DNA of 64,000 nt from a virus (Duplodnaviria; Caudoviricetes), in the IMG/VR virus record IMGVR_UViG_3300031760_000024, positions 22,827 through 86,826 of that record; one strand, written 5' to 3'. A program made the position numbers and the translations under genes. This document shows positions 49,302-58,268 of this stretch, in pieces. The notes under the pieces are model-generated. The model ran no database searches and was not told the origin of the DNA. It worked only from the letters and a program-made list of their open reading frames with translations. Within the stretch, counting starts at the first letter, position 1. Every line of letters begins with the position of its first letter.

Positions 49302-49706
49302 CTATTCCTCTGTGTACTTAGGTCTACGCCTACGAGGTCTTTTATAAACAATTTGTTCATCAGTCGCATCTACTTCAACAGGCTTCTTCACATCGCTTGT
49401 ATTATTTTCAGTAATCTGTTTATTAATAACTGGAATTTCGTCTGCTTGATACTGCATGATCTTATCTACACTTGACTTAACCGAAGATGTGACATTATCC
49501 GAATTTACATTTAAAGACACTAGTTTATTATATGCATCTTCTTGCGTTATTATTTTCCCCTCATAATTACTACACGTTCTAAATATTTCGCGGCACACTA
49601 ATGAGCAATACGTTGCCTTCCAAGCTTCCTTCGCCGCATTTCCATTACAATGTGGGCAATATTTATATTTTTTCCCACATACCAAACATTCTCTTTCTTT
49701 TGACAT
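49302..49706 (-). CDS. Zinc-finger-like hypothetical protein
   Basis: CLVCGKKYKYCPHC...YCSLVC. Confidence 0.7.
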   Translation of the reverse strand: MSKERECLVCGKKYKYCPHCNGNAAKEAWKATYCSLVCREIFRTCSNYEGKIITQEDAYNKLVSLNVNSDNVTSSVKSSVDKIMQYQADEIPVINKQITENNTSDVKKPVEVDATDEQIVYKRPRRRRPKYTEE

Positions 49707-49731
49707 AATATATCCTCCTTTTGTTCTATAA

Positions 49732-49805
49732 AGCTCTCGGTGAGACTTGAACTCACAATCTACTGATTACAGGTCAGCCGCTCTACCAAATTGAGCCACA
49801 AGAGC
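49732..49805 (-). tRNA. tRNA-Thr(UGU), C at position 33, no encoded CCA
   Basis: GCTCTTG/CGAGAGC acceptor stem, GCTC/GAGC D-stem, GCTGA-CCTGTAA-TCAGT anticodon arm, GTGAG-TTCAAGT-CTCAC T-arm. Confidence 0.85.
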
Positions 49806-49807
49806 AT

Positions 49808-49837
49808 AAAAAGGAGCAGTATATTTCAACCGCTCCT
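49808..49837 (-). terminator. Intrinsic terminator directly 5' of the tRNA
   Basis: AGGAGCGGT/ACTGCTCCT stem plus U5 on the - strand. Confidence 0.65.
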
Positions 49838-49845
49838 CATTATAA

Positions 49846-50235
49846 TTATTGTTCAAACTCAAGTCCGGTAAGATCAAGTACCATCGTTTTCTCTTCGGTT
49901 CCGCGCTTCTGAATAATACTAAAATTCTCTGAAACATTTGGTTCAACCAAGAAAACAGTATGCTTGTTTTCAAGATTAATGATTTCTTCATATTCAGTCG
50001 TTGGCAGAATCTGAACTAAAACAGATGTTACTGTCGGATCAATGTCCTCATACCGAAGTGCAATAAAGTAACCCTCACCCATAGCTCGTGCAAGAGGCGA
50101 AGTCTCTCTATCCTGATAGTATAATGTACCAGTAATAGCGTTGTTTGCAACTACCACATTACTCTGTATATCACTAACTTGAGTGCCGTGCATTTCTACC
50201 TCATCAGCCTCGGCAATAACTGTGAGGTCAATTAT
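49846..50235 (-). CDS. Probable C-terminal extension of the major tail protein via -1 frameshift (or a separate gene from ATG 50193)
   Basis: The -1 frame is open across the MTP stop (GGA ATA ATT GAC CTC ACA GTT...), reading IIDLTVIAEADEVEMHG; a G5 run precedes the stop. Confidence 0.6.
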   Translation of the reverse strand: MIDLTVIAEADEVEMHGTQVSDIQSNVVVANNAITGTLYYQDRETSPLARAMGEGYFIALRYEDIDPTVTSVLVQILPTTEYEEIINLENKHTVFLVEPNVSENFSIIQKRGTEEKTMVLDLTGLEFEQ

Positions 50236-51068
50236 TCCCCCTCTTCTTCTGTTACAACCGTCTCAACGATTTCCTCATCAGGATAGTAGATGTAATACAG
50301 AACCTTAGAACCAGAGCAGTAATCTACCTGAAGAGTACCATTAAAGTCTGTCTCCTGATTCTCGGAAGAAAGATTCAGAGTGATAGAAGGATCAGCCATG
50401 AAGTTAGGAATAACAACATAAGCAGGCTTCAGAGTCTCTGAACAAGGATCAACATAAGATACATACAGTGTAAGAGTAACTGCATCCGGGAACTTATCTG
50501 CAGTGTTTGTAAGCTTAATACCACTCTCAACCTCTCTTGTGTACATTACAAGATAGCTAACAGGGTAGTCTACACCAGCTGTTGTTCCAGTTGCAGGAAG
50601 AGTGATCTTAGAACCAACAACCTGAAACTTAAGTGTATCAAATGATGCTGTATCAGTTGTCTTTGTAAGCGCTTCAGAGTTAGCGCCATTACCATAGATA
50701 CCAATTACCTTGATTGTATCAGTATCTGCTGTTTCATCGGTGATCTCTGCACCCGGAGCTGCGATAACAACCTTCGGCATGTCAATCTTCTTTGTAGAAG
50801 TTGCAGACTCGATTGTAGAACCAGAACCAGCATTCATGATTGCAGGATGAAGGAACGCATTAGTAGATGCGAACTCACCGTTCTTAGATTTGTAAATACG
50901 ACGAACTACGTTGCCGTTCTTATCAGTGATCTCACGAGGATCAGAAGAAATAGTGATGGTTGCATTAGACAGCTGATCTACTGTATAATAAATCGTGCTC
51001 TGAGCAAAGTCAGTTGCAACTGCCTGAAGAATCTCATCAATAGTATGATTTCCTAAAATGAAAGACAT
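50232..51068 (-). CDS. Major tail protein
   Basis: 278-aa acidic, T-rich ORF with strongly biased codon usage; position after the head-tail genes. Confidence 0.75.
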   Translation of the reverse strand: MSFILGNHTIDEILQAVATDFAQSTIYYTVDQLSNATITISSDPREITDKNGNVVRRIYKSKNGEFASTNAFLHPAIMNAGSGSTIESATSTKKIDMPKVVIAAPGAEITDETADTDTIKVIGIYGNGANSEALTKTTDTASFDTLKFQVVGSKITLPATGTTAGVDYPVSYLVMYTREVESGIKLTNTADKFPDAVTLTLYVSYVDPCSETLKPAYVVIPNFMADPSITLNLSSENQETDFNGTLQVDYCSGSKVLYYIYYPDEEIVETVVTEEEGE

Positions 51069-51145
51069 AGTGTTCTCCCCTTTCTAACAATAATCAAACA
51101 TATATGTTTATATGAATGTCGATACTTAATCACTCGCATTATTCG

Positions 51146-51976
51146 TCAAATAGGTTTCATGAAATTATATTCATCAGCCTTTATCTTGCTGCCGTCAATC
51201 ATACCAGAATACATTCCCTTTTGTAATGCAGTGCATGATTCATAGACTTGTAATCTTTTAACACTGTCATAAAACTGGAATATCCCCAATTGGCGCAAAC
51301 TATCTGACCTATATTTAAAACCCGGATGATTACAACAAGCAGATATTAATGGCAATAATCCATTATTATCATCAAAATCACCGTTGTTAATTTTAAACTC
51401 TAAATTCTTTAACTCGCGTTTATCTTTCTCAATAAACCACTTTTTCATAATAGAATCATTAGTTAATTTTTCATCAGGGTTAATATTAAAAACTGCTCTT
51501 AAATATTGTGATATATGAAAATATACTTCTTCATTAATTTCTATTCGGTTATTAATATCATATAATACCTTAACAGTATCTTCTGTATCTGGAAGTTTTT
51601 TTTCATATATACCAAAATCAGTAAAATCAATATCAGGTAAAAATGTTTGATATACTTCCTTATCCGCAGACGAAATAAGTCTCATAAATAACTCAAAGTC
51701 TGATACCTTATTCCAATCCATACCTTTTTCCCATAATTGCAATCGAAACGCAGTTGTATTTGTTGTGAACAAATTTAACGTGTTATAATATTTTTTTTCA
51801 CCTATTGAAACAATGTCGCCCAATGATGGTTGAGTCATAACTATAATGCCATCTGCGGAAGGAACATCAATAACGTATTTATCTCTAAAAAATAATTTGA
51901 GTTTGTCAAATTCTATTTTAGGATTTCGTGATTTTATTTTTAATGTCTTTCCTTTATTTAACTGCTCTTTAGCCAT
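51146..51976 (-). CDS. Head-tail / tail completion protein
   Basis: Position; conserved-looking ISACCNHPGFKY...QFYDSVKRLQ. Confidence 0.6.
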   Translation of the reverse strand: MAKEQLNKGKTLKIKSRNPKIEFDKLKLFFRDKYVIDVPSADGIIVMTQPSLGDIVSIGEKKYYNTLNLFTTNTTAFRLQLWEKGMDWNKVSDFELFMRLISSADKEVYQTFLPDIDFTDFGIYEKKLPDTEDTVKVLYDINNRIEINEEVYFHISQYLRAVFNINPDEKLTNDSIMKKWFIEKDKRELKNLEFKINNGDFDDNNGLLPLISACCNHPGFKYRSDSLRQLGIFQFYDSVKRLQVYESCTALQKGMYSGMIDGSKIKADEYNFMKPI

Positions 51977-52575
51977 TATGTACGAATCTCCTTCGTTACA
52001 ATTCTTGATTGTTCACCATACTGGGTTTTAGTTACATTGTTATCTGTGGCTTGTGTAAATACTAATGTTCGACATGGCCAATGGTCATCAACAACAGACT
52101 CATTATCTGCAACAATTTGAATTCTTCTGCCAAAATAATTAGTAAAATTAAATTCATTTTGAATTAATGCCGCTAATAAATCATGTCGTGCAATGCCGGT
52201 GTCTCTGTCTTTTATATTCTTTTGCTCACACAAAATTACAAACGTTATATGTAAATGACGTTGTAAATCATTGTACATACGAGAAGAGTTAGTAAAATTA
52301 CGTTCAACGTTCTCATATCCAACAGTAAAACAAATATAATTTTGCGAATCAGTTTGCGTGTCTGGAATAAAATAATACGGTAATATATTTACTCCAAAAT
52401 ATTCATCATTTTCAGCTTCAGCTTCTTGTAATTTTTTATTATCAAGAACATGAATAATATCATCATTATCAAGTAACTTTCGCTTTATGATTTCTTTAAT
52501 GCGTATATTGTCATTATCAGTTTCATACTTAAGATTTGCGAGGCGTTTTGAATCTTCAGATGTCCATTCTTTCAT
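51976..52575 (-). CDS. Tail terminator-like protein
   Basis: Start MKEW at 52575 with AGGAGG RBS; PYYFIPDT, RHDLLAALI. Confidence 0.6.
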   Translation of the reverse strand: MKEWTSEDSKRLANLKYETDNDNIRIKEIIKRKLLDNDDIIHVLDNKKLQEAEAENDEYFGVNILPYYFIPDTQTDSQNYICFTVGYENVERNFTNSSRMYNDLQRHLHITFVILCEQKNIKDRDTGIARHDLLAALIQNEFNFTNYFGRRIQIVADNESVVDDHWPCRTLVFTQATDNNVTKTQYGEQSRIVTKEIRT

Positions 52576-52585
52576 ATGCGCCTCC

Positions 52586-53241
52586 TTATAATGCAACTAT
52601 TTGCAGTTGCAATTCTGCGACTATTTTGCCGCGAGTATTTTTTACAGTCAGTACCTTTCCTAAATAAGATTCATCACCTAAAAACTTTATCTTAATCGTA
52701 TTACTAGACGACTGTTGTTGAGAGATAACTTTTACTAACTCCGAAGCATCTGTGTCGTCTATAAAGTACGACCATTCACCCGGAGTCTGATCATTAAGAA
52801 GTTCGTTAGAATTATAATAGGATACGGTTACTGCTTTATATGTACCGTTTACTTTGATATGTGGCTCTGATCCAGCATATGTTATTACTGCATAACTACC
52901 GTAATCTCTTGGATCAGGAGTTGGTGGATTATCAGACGGGAGATTAGACTCTTTAAAATAATTAGCCCACATACCCACTATATTGCCATCTTTATCCTTT
53001 TCAATATAATCATGATGAGGGTCAAACGTATCTTGCTTCAACGTGTACAAGATATTACCTCGATTTGCAAACGGCTCAACTTTACTAATACGCCAAGCGA
53101 GTGGTTGCAATAGATCTACAGAAATAATTAATCTATTATCGTAGAATAGATTTTTGGTAATATCATTGTACGGCAGAATACATTTTGTAATGTTGTCAGG
53201 GCTTTCGAATACCCTGTCCATCCACAGGCCGCTCGTATTGA
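52586..53241 (-). CDS. Head-tail joining protein, exon 2
   Basis: In frame with exon 1 after splicing (SQSS-F-NTSGLWMD); LPYND, RLIIS, WRISKVE. Confidence 0.75.
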
Positions 53242-53262
53242 CAATGTTACTTTAACAGTTCG

Positions 53263-54267
53263 TTAAGCTGTTAAAGAATTATTTATATTATAATAATTAC
53301 AATAACGATCATACTTTCTTTTAAGATATATTTCTGCATCTTTATATAACCAATCCAAAAATATTTTACATACATTTCTTCCACTAATAGTAAAAACTTT
53401 TGTAATTCCATTATGGCAAGATGCATCGTAAACAAAAGAATTTAATTTTAATTTTTCCTTACATATATCTTTTAATTTTTGACAAAAAGAATTGGTTGCG
53501 GTAATGGTAACAACTATAGGTTTATTATCTTTACTTTTAATTTGTTGATATATACTTCCATCACCATCAAAAACACCACGTATATAATGAGATATTAAAT
53601 CTTCGTCAAGCCATTCTGGAAACCCAATTACAAGGCTTTTATTTGGAACAATACCTTTCTCCGCTAATTGCTCACACATATGTATGCTAAACATTTGCAA
53701 CTCATAAAGATTTTCATAATCATACCCAAAAGTATGCTTATTAGAATTGTCTATAAAACGCAATGGTTTTTCGCTTCCAATTTCTAATCTAATTTTTTCT
53801 AATAAATCTTTATCAGACTCTTGCAACCCGATAGATACAGTTCCTTTATCCATTTTATTACATCCATCAGCGTGTAACAGCCCTAATATATAAGCTTTAT
53901 TTGGAGCGTCAATTATATCAAAATAATTTTCATTTAATTGGTATTTTCGATGAAATCTTTTAGCATCTCGATGAATACCATGTTCTTCTAAAACTTTTAA
54001 TATAACATGATGACCACAATTATATTTCTTTGCTATCACAGTACAAGAACTTCCCTCTTGATATAATCTAACTATTTCATCTTTTTGTTCTTGGGTTGCA
54101 TATCTAATGTCAAATCCATGTTTAACATTATGAGTTTTTCTAAGAAGCTCATATATTACGGTATCACAAACCCCATATTCTTCTTTTAAATCTTTAACCA
54201 TCTCACCATTAAGGTATCTTTGTATAACTTCGTTTTGTTGATCGTTTGTTAATTTTGGTTTATTCAT
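53263..54267 (-). CDS. Intron-encoded double-motif LAGLIDADG endonuclease with N-terminal HTH repeats
   Basis: AYILGLLHADG and HYIRGVFDGDG; start MNKPK at 54267 with GGAGG SD. Confidence 0.88.
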   Translation of the reverse strand: MNKPKLTNDQQNEVIQRYLNGEMVKDLKEEYGVCDTVIYELLRKTHNVKHGFDIRYATQEQKDEIVRLYQEGSSCTVIAKKYNCGHHVILKVLEEHGIHRDAKRFHRKYQLNENYFDIIDAPNKAYILGLLHADGCNKMDKGTVSIGLQESDKDLLEKIRLEIGSEKPLRFIDNSNKHTFGYDYENLYELQMFSIHMCEQLAEKGIVPNKSLVIGFPEWLDEDLISHYIRGVFDGDGSIYQQIKSKDNKPIVVTITATNSFCQKLKDICKEKLKLNSFVYDASCHNGITKVFTISGRNVCKIFLDWLYKDAEIYLKRKYDRYCNYYNINNSLTA

Positions 54268-54275
54268 TGTATATT

Positions 54276-54370
54276 CCTCCGAAAAATAATCAATATAAAA
54301 AAGACAGTAATCTTCGCATTCGGAGTACGAAGAAAGGGGAGCTACCCCATGTCCTGTCTTTGTTATCAAA
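54276..54370 (-). ncRNA. Structured leader RNA, copy A (three-way junction plus SD pseudoknot)
   Basis: P1 AAAGACAG/CUGUCUUU; P2 GGGG-UAGCU-CCCC; P3 8 bp with loop CUCCGAA complementary to UUCGGAG over the SD. Confidence 0.7.
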
Positions 54371-54615
54371 TCAATATAAATAATTTTTCTGTACCTCTCG
54401 GCACAGTCCAGATCATATCAACACCATATCTATTGACTTAGGTGGTTCCCATTACCTCACTTGAGGACTTGATCGTTGAACCTTCCCTTTCGGGCTTGGC
54501 TGCTGATTGTCTCTATCTATTAGATTGTTACACTTCGGTACTAATAGCCTAACAAGAGTTCCCAGCAATTAGAGAACTTTCGACATAAGGTTTCCCTTAT
54601 GAAGCGCATACATTT

Positions 54616-55159
54616 ACGAACTTTGCGACCTTTCAACTCCCCACATCTCACATTTCTTTCCATTATAAACCCATTGGAATTTATGACCACATGGAAGAAT
54701 AGACCATGTCGGGAAATCATGATTAATTGCATCAGCCGTAGAAACTACGAGCCAACGATTCCAAATACCATGTTCATCTGCGATATCCAGATATAGCCCA
54801 GTCGGGAAGACCGAATCGGTCGGTTCCTCAAACAATTTATGGTAATATGGAACGTTACACTGATAATTTGGCTTAAACATAATACGGCTATCAACCTCGT
54901 CCTTATTTAACGTACGGTAACTATTCAGAATATACTTCAGTTCTACTGGCGTTTTTGTTTTAGACTGTTCTGGGTTCAATCCTTTGTTTTTGTTCGGTTC
55001 ATCGTCGTGGGTGTAGTCGTACAAATACCCAACACAACTCGCCGGATCATCATACCATGTAGCCTCAATTATATCCTGTGCCTCATAACTATGCCGTTGA
55101 CCAGTGGTGTTAATACCACTACAAATACCGTGTGCTCTCTTAAATGCGTTGATATCCAT
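54616..55159 (-). CDS. Head-tail joining protein, exon 1 (spliced product ~399 aa)
   Basis: Ends WGVERSQSS at the intron; PTGLYLDI, NRWLVV, WSILPC. Confidence 0.75.
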
Positions 55160-55173
55160 TTATACACACCTCC

Positions 55174-55542
55174 TTACTCCGTCAGTTTGCACTGTGTTTC
55201 AGGGATGCACATCACTTTTGCACCCGCATCTAAAATAAGTTTACGATATTTCCTTAAATCAAAGTCTGGTTTTATTAATGTTTTGGCTTCTTCTAATAAA
55301 CTTAACACAGTGACTATTTCCTGTGGTTCATTTAACAGTTTATTAAAACCATCAATTTGCCATAAGAGAGTAGTGTGTGCCGTTTCTAAATCTACATCTG
55401 GAAACTTTTCTTTGGTTTCCAAATCCTCTGCTACAAGCAATAGGAAGAATATTCGTTTTCTTAATATGTCTTTTGTTTCAGCTAATTGAGCCTGTGAAAA
55501 TTCGCCATACTTATGTGGAATTTTTAATACATGTGTTGCCAT
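55174..55542 (-). CDS. Hypothetical head-tail region protein
   Basis: 122-aa helical ORF, coupled to the upstream gene. Confidence 0.7.
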   Translation of the reverse strand: MATHVLKIPHKYGEFSQAQLAETKDILRKRIFFLLLVAEDLETKEKFPDVDLETAHTTLLWQIDGFNKLLNEPQEIVTVLSLLEEAKTLIKPDFDLRKYRKLILDAGAKVMCIPETQCKLTE

Positions 55543-56003
55543 TATTTATTACTCAAATAAGAATTATAAATATAACCTTTGTCTCGAAGCATAGAGCGAA
55601 TTTTATGTTCAGTGTCAGCCTTTAATTCTCGCAATTGAGCCAAGTGCTGTTGCTGTGAGAAAAATCTCTGTTCCTTACTATTAGTAACCATTTGGTTAAT
55701 TAATGTGGTGGTTTGAACCTTTGGGGTAACCCACTCTAAAACCAAAGCATTACCAAGTAATTCCTCTACAAAATTTTTGTCAGCATACTCATCAGCTGAA
55801 TTAATTAAAACATATTCCATAGTTGCTAATTCATCATCAGCAGAAAACGAAGCGAATATTCTATAGATGTATGGATGACTAATGGCAGAGCGAAGCCAAT
55901 CAAGCATCTGCGCAGTCATATTTGGTTCGTCAAGATTTGCGAATTCATAATCACGTATCTTATTCATAAACCTAGAATAAACATCATTATAAGAAGATGT
56001 CAT
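55542..56003 (-). CDS. Head-tail connector (adaptor)-like protein
   Basis: TSYNDVYSRFMNKIRDY N-terminus; position downstream of the capsid gene. Confidence 0.65.
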   Translation of the reverse strand: MTSSYNDVYSRFMNKIRDYEFANLDEPNMTAQMLDWLRSAISHPYIYRIFASFSADDELATMEYVLINSADEYADKNFVEELLGNALVLEWVTPKVQTTTLINQMVTNSKEQRFFSQQQHLAQLRELKADTEHKIRSMLRDKGYIYNSYLSNK

Positions 56004-56021
56004 CTATACACCTCCTATGTG

Positions 56022-56549
56022 CTACTGTGTTGAAAAAAGTTCACCAATAAGGTTAAGGTCTGTCCCAAATAATTCATCCAGAGCCTTAATCTTTTTCACA
56101 CTGTCAAGACGTCCATTTGCCACTTGCGTTGACGCAATAGTCTTTAAAGATGAGATAGCAGTTGGCGGAAGATGATTAATTGCCTCAACCATTTCCCTAA
56201 CCGGAAGATCAAGAATATGTTTTAAATCTCGTAATGAAACCTGATCCTCGTAAAATTTAGTTAATGCTGGGAATTCAGCAATAAAATCATTATCCTCAAT
56301 CACAAAATACGGATTATAAACATACTCCGACTTTGTTCTGACCGCAGCTACTAAATCACGATATTCAATATCTGTTACATCACCATAGTCAGAGAAAGAG
56401 TAAAGCATTCCAGTTTTAGGCCCCTCAAAGTATAAACCGCCCTGAATAACTGATTTACATGCCACACCATCTCCGGGTGCAAATTCTTTCTTAACAACTT
56501 CTTCTAGTGTCTCTTCATCAACAATTTTCTTTTGCATTGCTCTCGCCAT
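56022..56549 (-). CDS. Hypothetical virion-associated protein
   Basis: 175-aa ORF immediately after the capsid gene. Confidence 0.7.
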   Translation of the reverse strand: MARAMQKKIVDEETLEEVVKKEFAPGDGVACKSVIQGGLYFEGPKTGMLYSFSDYGDVTDIEYRDLVAAVRTKSEYVYNPYFVIEDNDFIAEFPALTKFYEDQVSLRDLKHILDLPVREMVEAINHLPPTAISSLKTIASTQVANGRLDSVKKIKALDELFGTDLNLIGELFSTQ

Positions 56550-56573
56550 AATTTGTTCTCCTTTTAATCATAA

Positions 56574-56598
56574 AGAGGAGAGGAATTCCCCCTCCTCT
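56574..56598 (-). terminator. Stem-loop after the major capsid gene
   Basis: AGAGGAG/CTCCTCT stem; short U-tract. Confidence 0.5.
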
Positions 56599-56613
56599 GT
56601 TAAATAACCATTA

Positions 56614-57720
56614 TTAGATAGTCCACTGACCAAACTGACGACCGATTACTGTTGCTACACCAAAGCGTCTCTGAACCTCGTAGGTCTGGATATCGCTTGT
56701 GTAATCACCACGTTCCATCTTCTCCAAAATTTCAGTATCACCTTCGTCAACAAACTTAACGAATTTTCCAGCTTCACCAATTGCAGGAAGAATCATAAGA
56801 ACGTTAGACGGGAATACTTTAGCCGTAAATGTTTTGTCCTTAAATCTATTCGGGATAGTAACAAGCTTTGTACCTTCATAAATACCAATGTTACCAGTAT
56901 TCATTACGGAATCCTTCTGACCTGCAGCTGCCCAATATACATCAGCAAGAGCACTGATCTTTGACAGAGCAGACTTTGTACCCATAATAACTACATCTGC
57001 ACCATTGTTTGCTGCAGATACGTTCTCAACAATTGCATCAAACTGTGCCTTTGTTGCCTGTGAAAGTGTACCAGTACCAACGAAACCAGCCTGTACAGGA
57101 AGCTTTGAAGCCGCTGTAGATACTTCAGCATATACCTGAGCCTGAATCTCTGCGATAAATGATTCTGTAATCTTACCAACAAGCTTAGCCCAATCAATCA
57201 TACCAGTCACATAACGGTTAATATCTTCACCAACCTTGATTACAAACAGATCAGTATGAACGCTGAAACGTTCGCCAGCACCGATTCTCTGAATAATGTG
57301 ATCATGATGAGATGTACCAGCCTTTGCTACTGCAAGCAGTGCCTCATCTTCAACATAGAAATCAAGTCTGTCATGATAAGCAATAGACTTATCTTCAACC
57401 AGTTCCTTATACCAATCAGTTGCCTGCAGACCTACTGTTACAGATACATCTACAGTATCTTCAATAACATCAAACCACTGACGATGATTGTCTCTGATTG
57501 CTCTACGAACTGCCTTTGCATCCTTAACATCAGTAATTCCAAGCATCTTATGTGAGAAATCTAATACCTTAGCATTAGCCTCTGCCGTAGAAATTTTCTC
57601 GCCGTTATCAAAAATCTCACGACCAAGCGCAAGATCCTGCATAAGATTATTCATGCTATCATAATCTGTATCCATTGCTGCGAATACAGCCATTGTACGC
57701 TCATTAAATGTCTTACCCAT
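56614..57720 (-). CDS. Major capsid protein
   Basis: 368-aa ORF after the protease and decoration genes; strongly biased codon usage. Confidence 0.8.
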   Translation of the reverse strand: MGKTFNERTMAVFAAMDTDYDSMNNLMQDLALGREIFDNGEKISTAEANAKVLDFSHKMLGITDVKDAKAVRRAIRDNHRQWFDVIEDTVDVSVTVGLQATDWYKELVEDKSIAYHDRLDFYVEDEALLAVAKAGTSHHDHIIQRIGAGERFSVHTDLFVIKVGEDINRYVTGMIDWAKLVGKITESFIAEIQAQVYAEVSTAASKLPVQAGFVGTGTLSQATKAQFDAIVENVSAANNGADVVIMGTKSALSKISALADVYWAAAGQKDSVMNTGNIGIYEGTKLVTIPNRFKDKTFTAKVFPSNVLMILPAIGEAGKFVKFVDEGDTEILEKMERGDYTSDIQTYEVQRRFGVATVIGRQFGQWTI

Positions 57721-57744
57721 TATATCTCTCCTCCTTTCCTAGAA

Positions 57745-58227
57745 TTATGCTCCGACCTTATACTTACCATTTTCAAAAGTAACGGTCTTTCCGGCTACCG
57801 GTGTGCCAGTGAAACCTTCCTTGGAAACTTCAATAACATCACCAATGCAAAGAACGGCACCCTGAATAACATCGCCCTCTTCATTAACGAACAGACGCTC
57901 ATCCTGAAGTTCTTTTTCAACATATTCGCTAACTGCGCTATTATACATATAAAGAACTTCGTCATCCGGAAGTGCTGTAACCTCTACATACCAGTAATCC
58001 TTATGAGCACGAGAAGCCTCGTTGATTCGTCCTGCAAATCCTTTAGGAAGATCATCCTGCTCATACTGATCAAAAGAAACATAATCTCCACGACCGCAGA
58101 GAGTTCCGTTATCAACCTCATCATCAGTGATGACGATATTATAAACATGCTTATACATGTCATTCATGGAAGCTACCTTAGACGGGAAGCTCGCCATATG
58201 AAAATTTTTAGAAATATCAATCTTCAT
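57745..58227 (-). CDS. Capsid decoration / cement-like protein
   Basis: VDNG, GDVIEVS.EGFTGTP..G motifs; between protease and capsid genes. Confidence 0.65.
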   Translation of the reverse strand: MKIDISKNFHMASFPSKVASMNDMYKHVYNIVITDDEVDNGTLCGRGDYVSFDQYEQDDLPKGFAGRINEASRAHKDYWYVEVTALPDDEVLYMYNSAVSEYVEKELQDERLFVNEEGDVIQGAVLCIGDVIEVSKEGFTGTPVAGKTVTFENGKYKVGA

Positions 58228-58268
58228 TGATTCCTTACTCCTTTCGTAAAATAGGGTATTACCCTCTA

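Larger units (their letters stand above)
53242..54615 (-). ncRNA. Group I intron (1374 nt) with a LAGLIDADG endonuclease in its 3' part
   Basis: Exon ends in U (first base of a TAA) and the intron in G. P = CUAAUUGCUGGGAA, Q = AAUCAGCAGCCAAG, R = GGUUCAACGAUCA, S = GAUAUGAUCUGG. Confidence 0.88.

Noticed and set aside
49732-49805. Reading the tRNA as Tyr (GTA)
   Set aside because: Shifting the loop by one base destroys the anticodon stem; there is no long variable arm; the G1-C72/C2-G71 pairs fit Thr.
31803-55159. Stop-codon reassignment or sequencing frameshifts as the cause of the split genes
   Set aside because: Other genes are long and intact in code 11, and each split has group I core elements with precise U/G boundaries.
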